In this document: positions 23,201-31,298 of the stretch, one piece after another
Numbering within the stretch: position 1 is the first letter of the stretch
Layout of the letters: every line of letters begins with the position of its first letter
Notes under the pieces: model-generated
The model's database searches: none
Seen by the model: only the letters and a program-made list of their open reading frames with translations
What the model was told of the DNA's origin: nothing
Made by a program: the position numbers and the translations under genes
Assembly (NCBI GenBank): GCA_964016885.1
Contig: CAXHJY010000379.1
Span: 1-31,298, forward strand
From: Eledone cirrhosa
Taxonomy: Eukaryota
Length of the DNA stretch: 31,298 bases
Reading direction: 5' to 3'

Positions 23201-26200
23201 CCATCACTGCAGAGAGAGACACACAATGTATAACCACACACAGACACACCATCACAGCAGAGAGAGACACACATGTATAACCACACACAGACACACCATC
23301 ACTGCAGAGAGAGACACACAATGTATAACCACACACAGACACACCATCACAGCAGAGAGAGACACACATGTATAACCACACACAGACACACCATCACTGC
23401 AGAGAGAGACACACACACATGTATAACCACACACAGACACACCATCACAGCAAAGAGAGACACACATGTATAACCACACACAGACACACCATCACAGCAG
23501 AGAGAGACACACACACATGTATAACGACACACAGACACACCATCACTGCAGAGAGAGACACACAGACACACCATCACAGCAGAGAGAGACACACACACAT
23601 GTATAACCACACACAGACACACCATCACTGCAGAGAGAGACACACACATGTATAACCACACACAGACACACCATCACTGCAGGGAGAGACACACACACAT
23701 GTATAACCACACGCAGACACACCATCACTGCAGAGAGAGAGACACACACACATGTATAACCACACACAGACACACCATCACAGCAGAGAGACACACACAC
23801 ATGTATAACGACACACAGACACACCATCACTGCAGAGAGACACACAGACACACCATCACAGCAGAGAGACACACACACACATGTATAACCACACACAGAC
23901 ACACCATCACTGCAGAGAGAGACACACACACATGTATAACCACACACAGACACACCATCACTGCAGGGAGAGACACACACACATGTATAACCACACGCAG
24001 ACATACCATCACTGCAGAGAGAGAGACACACACACATGTATAACCACACACAGACACACCATCACAGCAGAGAGACACACACACAGACACACCATCATTG
24101 CAGAGAGAGACTCACACACATGTATAACCACACACAGACACACCATCACAGCAGAGAGAGACACACACACACATGTATAACCACACACAGGACACACCAT
24201 CACTGCAGAGAGAGACACACACACATGTATAACCACACACAGACACACCATCACTGCAGAGAGAGACACACATACATGTATAACCACACACAGACACACC
24301 ATCACAGCAGAGAGAGACACACATGTATAACCACACACAGACACACCATCACTGCAGAGAGAGACACACATGTATAACCACACACAGACACACCATCACT
24401 GCAGAGAGAGACACACACACAGGTATAACCACACACAGACACACCATCACAGCAGAGAGAGACACACACACATGTATAACCACACACAGACACACCATCA
24501 CTGCAGAGAGAGACACACACACATGTATAACCACACGCAGACACACCATCACTGCAGAGAGAGACACACACACATGTATAACCACACGCAGACACACCAT
24601 CACAGCAAGAGAGATACACACACTGTATAACCACACACAGACACACCATCACTGCAGAGAGAGACACACACACATGTATAACCACACGCAGACACACCAT
24701 CACTGCAGAGAGAGACACACACACATGTATAACCACACGCAGACACACCATCACAGCAGAGAGAGACACACACACATGTAATAACCACACACAGACACAC
24801 CATCACTGCAGAGAGACACACACACATGTATAACCACACACAGACACACCATCACTGCAGAGAGAGACACACACACATGTATAACCACACACACAGACAC
24901 ACCATCACTGCAGAGAGAGACACACACACATGTATAACCACACACAGACACACCATCACAGCAGAGAGAGACACACATGTATAACCACACACAGACACAC
25001 CATCACTGCAGAGAGAGACACACATACATGTATAACCACACACAGACACACCATCACAGCAGAGAGAGACACACATGTATAACCACACACAGACACACCA
25101 TCACTGCAGAGAGAGACACACATGTATAACCACACACAGACACACCATCACAGCAGAGAGAGACACACATGTATAACCACACACAGACACACCATCACTG
25201 CAGAGAGAGACACACATCTATAACCACACACAGACACACCATCACAGCAGAGAGAGACACACACACATGTATAACCACACACAGACACACCATCACAACA
25301 GAGAGAGACACACACACACATGTATAACCACACACAGACACACCATCACTGCAGAGACACACACACATGTATAACCACACACAGACACACCATAACTGCA
25401 GAGAGAGACACACACACATGTATAACCACACGCAGACACACAATCACTGCAGAGAGAGACACACACACATGTATAACCACACACAGACACACCATCACAG
25501 CAGAGAGACACACACACATGTATTACCACACACAGACACACATCATTGCAGAGAGAGACTCACACACATGTATAACCCCACACAGACACACCATCACAGC
25601 AGAGAGACACACACACATGTATAACCACACACAGACACACCATCACTGCAGAGAGAGAGACACACACACATGTATACCCACACACAGACACACCATCACT
25701 GCAGAGAGAGACACACACACATGTATAACCACACGCAGACACACCATCACTGCAGAGAGAGACACACACACATTGTATAACCACACGCAGACACACCATC
25801 ACAGCAGAGAGACACACACACATGTATAACCACACACAGACACACCATCACTGCAGAGAGAGACACACACACATGTATAACCACACACAGACACACCATC
25901 ACTGCAGAGAGAGACACACATGTATAACCACACACAGACACACCATCACAGCAGAGAGACACACACACATGTATAACCACACACAGACACACCATCACTG
26001 CAGAGAGAGACACACACACATGTATAACCACACACAGACACACCATCACTGCAGAGAGAGACACACCCACATGTATAACCACACACAGACACACCATCAC
26101 TGCAGAGAGAGACACACACACATGTATTACCACACACAGACACACCATCACTACAGAGAGAGACACACACACATGTATAACCACACACAGACACACCATC

Positions 26201-29200
26201 ACTGCAGAGAGAGACACACACACATGTATAACCACACGCAGACACACCATCACTGCAGAGAGAGACACACACACATGTATAACCACACGCAGACACACCA
26301 TCACAGCAGAGAGAGACACACACACATGTATAACCACACACAGACACACCATCACTGCAGAGAGAGACACACACACAGGTATAACCACAACACCATCACA
26401 GCAGAGAGAGACACACACACATGTATAACCACACACAGACACACCATCACTGCAGAGAGAGACACACACATGTATAACCACATGCAGACACACCATCACA
26501 GCAGAGAGAGAGACACACACATGTATAACCACACACAGACACACCATCACTGCAGAGAGAGACACACACACATGTATAACCACACACAGACACACCATCA
26601 CAGCAGAGAGAGACACACAGACATGTATAACCACACACAGACACACCATCACTGCAGAGAGAGAGACACACACATGTATAACCACACACAGCACACCATC
26701 AGAGCAGAGAGAGACACACACACATGTATAACCACACACAGACACACCATCACAGCAGAGAGACACACACACAGACACACCATCACTGCAGAGAGAGACA
26801 CACACACATGTATTACCACACACAGACACACCATCACTGCAGAGAGAGACACACACACATGTATAACCACACACAGACACACCATCACTGCAGAGAGAGA
26901 CACACACACATGTATAACAACACACAGACACACCATCACTGCAGAGAGAGACACACACATGTATAACCACACACAGACACACCATCACTGCAGAGAGAGA
27001 CACACACACAGACACACCATCACACATGTATAACCACACACAGACACACCATCACTGCAGAGAGAGACACACACACAGACACACCATCACACATGTATAA
27101 CCACACACACATGTATAACCACACACAGACACACCATCACATCAGAGAGAGAGACACACACACATATGTATAACCACACACAGACACACCATCACTGCAG
27201 AGAGAGACACACACACACATGTATAACCACACACAGACACACCATCACATCAGAGAGAGACACACACACACATGTATAACCACACACAGACACACCATCA
27301 CTGCAGAGAGAGACACACACACACATGTATAACCACACACAGATACACCATCACTGCAGAGAGAGACACACACACAGACACACCATCACTGCAGAGAGAG
27401 ACACACACACATGTATAACCACACACAGACACACCATCACTGCAGAGAGAGACACACACACATGTATGACCACGCACAGACACACCATCACTGCAGAGAG
27501 AGACACACACACACATGTATAACCACGCACAGACACACCATCACTGCAGAGAGAGACACACACACATGTATAACCACACACAGACACACCATCACTGCAG
27601 AGAGAGACACACACACATGTATAACCACACACAGACACACCATCACAGCAGAGAGAGACACACACACATGTATAACCACACACAGACACACCATCACTGC
27701 AGAGAGAGACACATACACATGTATAACCACACACAGACACACCATCACAGCAGAGAGAGACAAACATGTATAACCACACACAGACACACCATCACTGCAG
27801 AGAGAGAGACACACATGTATAACCACACACAGACACACCATCACTGCAGAGAGAGACACACACACATGTGTAACCACACACAGACACACCATCACAGCAG
27901 AGAGAGACACACATGTATAACCACACATAGACACACCATCACTGCAGAGAGAGACACACACACATGTATAACCACACACAGACACACCATCACTGCAGAG
28001 AGAGACACACACACATGTATAACCACACACAGACACACCATCACAGCAGAGAGAGACACACATGTATAACCACACACAGACACACCAGAGAGAGACACAC
28101 ATGTATAACCACACACAGACACACCATCACTGCAGAGAGAGACACACATGTATAACCACACACAGACACACCATCACTGCAGAGAGAGACACACACACAT
28201 GTATAACCACACACAGACACACCATCACTGCAGAGAGAGACACACACACATGTATAACCACACACAGACACACCATCACAGCAGAGAGAGACACACATGT
28301 ATAACCACACACAGACACACCATCACTGCAGAGAGAGACACACATGTATAACCACACACAGACACACCATCACTGCAGAGAGAGACACACACACATGTAT
28401 AACCACACACAGACACACCATCACTGCAGAGAGAGACACACACACATGTATAACCACACACAGACACACCATCACAGCAGAGAGAGACACACACACATGT
28501 ATTACCACACACAGACACACCATCACAGCAGAGAGAGACACACATATATAACCACACACAGACACACCATCACTGCAGAGGGAGACACACACACATGTAT
28601 AACCACACACAGACACACCATCACAGCAGAGAGAGACACACATGTATAACCACACACAGACACACCATCACTGCAGAGAGAGACACACATGTATAACCAC
28701 ACACAGACACACCATCACTGCAGAGAGAGACACACACACATGTATAACCACACACAGACACACCATCACTGCAGAGAGAGACACACACACATGTATAACC
28801 ACACACAGACACACCATCACAGCAGAGAGAGACACACATGTATAACCACACACAGACACACCATCACAGCAGAGAGAGACACACACACATGTATAACCAC
28901 ACACAGACACACCATCACTGCAGAGAGAGACACACACACATGTATAACCACACACAGACACACCATCACTGCAGAGAGAGACACACACACATGTATAACC
29001 ACACACAGACACACCATCACTGCAGAGAGAGACACACACACATGTATAACCACACACAGATACACCATCACTGCAGAGAGACACACACACATGTATTACC
29101 ACACACAGACACACCATCACTGCAGAGAGAGACACACACACATGTATAACCACACACAGACACACCATCACTGCAGAGAGAGACACACACACATGTATAA

Positions 29201-31298
29201 CCACACACAGACACACCATCACTGCAGAGAGAGACACACACACATGTATAACCACACACAGACACAGCATCACAGCAGAGAGAGACACACACACATGTAT
29301 AACCACACACAGACACACCATCACTGCAGAGAGAGACACACACACATGTATAACCACACACAGACACACCATCACAGCAGAGAGAGACACATGTATAACC
29401 ACACAGACACACCATCACAGCAGAGAGAGACACACATGTATAACCACACACAGACACACCATCACTGCAGAGAGAGACACACATACATGTATAACCACAC
29501 ACAGACACACCATCACAGCAGAGAGAGAGACACATGTATAACCACACACAGACACACCATCACAGCAGAGAGAGACACACATGTATAACCACACACAGAC
29601 ACACCATCACTGCAGAGAGAGACACACACACATGTATAACCACACACAGACACACCATCACTGCAGAGAGAGACACACACACATGTATAACCACACACAG
29701 ATACACCATCACTGCAGAGAGACACACATACATGTATTACCACACACAGACACACCATCACTGCAGAGAGAGACACACACACATGTATAACCACACACAG
29801 ACACACCATCACTGCAGAGAGAAACACACACATGTATAACCACACACAGACACACCATCACTGCAGAGAGAGACACACACACATGTATAACCACACACAG
29901 ACACACCATCACAGCAGAGAGAGACACACACACATGTATAACCACACACAGACACACCATCACTGCAGAGAGAGACACACACACATGTATAACCACACCC
30001 AGACACACCATCACAGCAGAGAGAGACACACATGTATAAGCACACACAGACACACCATCACTGCAGAGAGAGACACACACACATGTATAACCACACACAG
30101 ACACACCATCACTGCAGAGAGAGACACACACACATGTATAACCACACACAGACACACCATCACTGCAGAGAGAGACACACACACATGTATAAGCACACAC
30201 AGACACACCATCACTGCAGAGAGAGAGACACACATACATGTATAACCACACACAGACACACCATCACTGCAGAGAGAGACACACATGTATAACCACACAC
30301 AGACACACCATCACTGCAGAGAGAGACACACATGTATAACCACACACAGACACACCATCACAGCAGAGAGAGACACACATGTATAACCACACACAGACAC
30401 ACCATCACTGCAGAGAGAGACACACATGTATAACCACACACAGACACACCATCACAGCAGAGAGAGACACACATGTATAACCACACACAGACACACCATC
30501 ACTGCAGAGAGAGACACACACACATGTATAACTACACACAGACACACCATCACTGCAGAGAGAGACACACACACATGTATAACCACACACAGACACACCA
30601 TCACTGCAGAGAGAGACACACACACATGTATAACCACACGCAGACACACCATCACAGCAGAGAAGAGATACACACACATGTATAACCACACACAGACACA
30701 CCATCACTGCAGAGAGAGACACACACACATGTATAACCACACGCAGACACACCATCACTGCAGAGAGAGACACACACACATGTATAACCACACGCAGACA
30801 CACCATCACAGCAGAGAGAGACACACACACATGTATAACCACACACAGACACACCATCACTGCAGAGAGACACACACACATGTATAACCACACACAGACA
30901 CACCATCACTGCAGAGAGAGACACACACACATGTATAACCACACACACAGACACACCATCACTGCAGAGAGACACACACACATGTATAACCACACACAGA
31001 CACACCATCACAGCAGAGAGAGACACACATGTATAACCACACACAGACACACCATCACTGCAGAGAGAGACACACATACATGATAACCACACACAGACAC
31101 ACCATCACAGCAGAGAGAGACACACATGTATAACCACACACAGACACACCATCACCTTGCAGAGAGAGACACACATGTATAACCACACACAGACACACCA
31201 TCACAGCAGAGAGAGACACACATGTATAACCACACACAGACACACCATCACTGCAGAGAGAGACACACATCTATAACCACACACAGACACACCATCAC
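17253..31298. repeat. Satellite array, ~51-bp unit (mostly 47-53 bp variants), roughly 280 units, running off the window end
   Basis: Consensus CATGTATAACCACACACAGACACACCATCAC(T/A)GCAGAGAGAGACACACACA. Unit length varies in the internal (GA)n and (CA)n runs. The start at 17253-17370 is degenerate. Confidence 0.97.

Noticed and set aside
17275-31270. Long His/Cys-rich or Val/Cys-rich ORFs (MYNHTQTHHHCRERHTH repeats, up to 520 aa)
   Set aside because: They arise because the 51-bp unit is a multiple of 3 and lacks stops in most frames. Frequent 2- and 4-bp indels shift frame at random, and ORFs occur equally on both strands.
17253-31298. CRISPR-like regular array
   Set aside because: There are no unique spacers, units are contiguous near-identical repeats, no cas genes are present and the context is eukaryotic.

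Overview
This is eukaryotic, gene-free repetitive DNA. The SINE and LINE types and the (AT)n content resemble a mollusc or cephalopod genome, which is an inference. Bases 1-17.2 kb are a mosaic of truncated retroelements, most of them bounded by (AT)n tracts: a Neptune-like Penelope-like element (PLE; RT C-terminus plus GIY-YIG), three Naiad-like PLE fragments (one with ~650-bp inverted ends), two RTE-type LINEs carrying a PHD finger inside the RT region plus a solo RTE 3' UTR, and four copies of a tRNA-derived SINE. This part holds about 14 hammerhead ribozyme (HHR) motifs on both strands. They include a 420-nt retrozyme-like tandem unit, fold-back sense/antisense HHR pairs, and HHRs with a very long stem II. 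Bases ~17.25-31.3 kb are a ~51-bp satellite with block duplications. Nearly all ORFs in the supplied track are repeat artefacts. All RNA folds were read by eye; no searches or folding programs were run.
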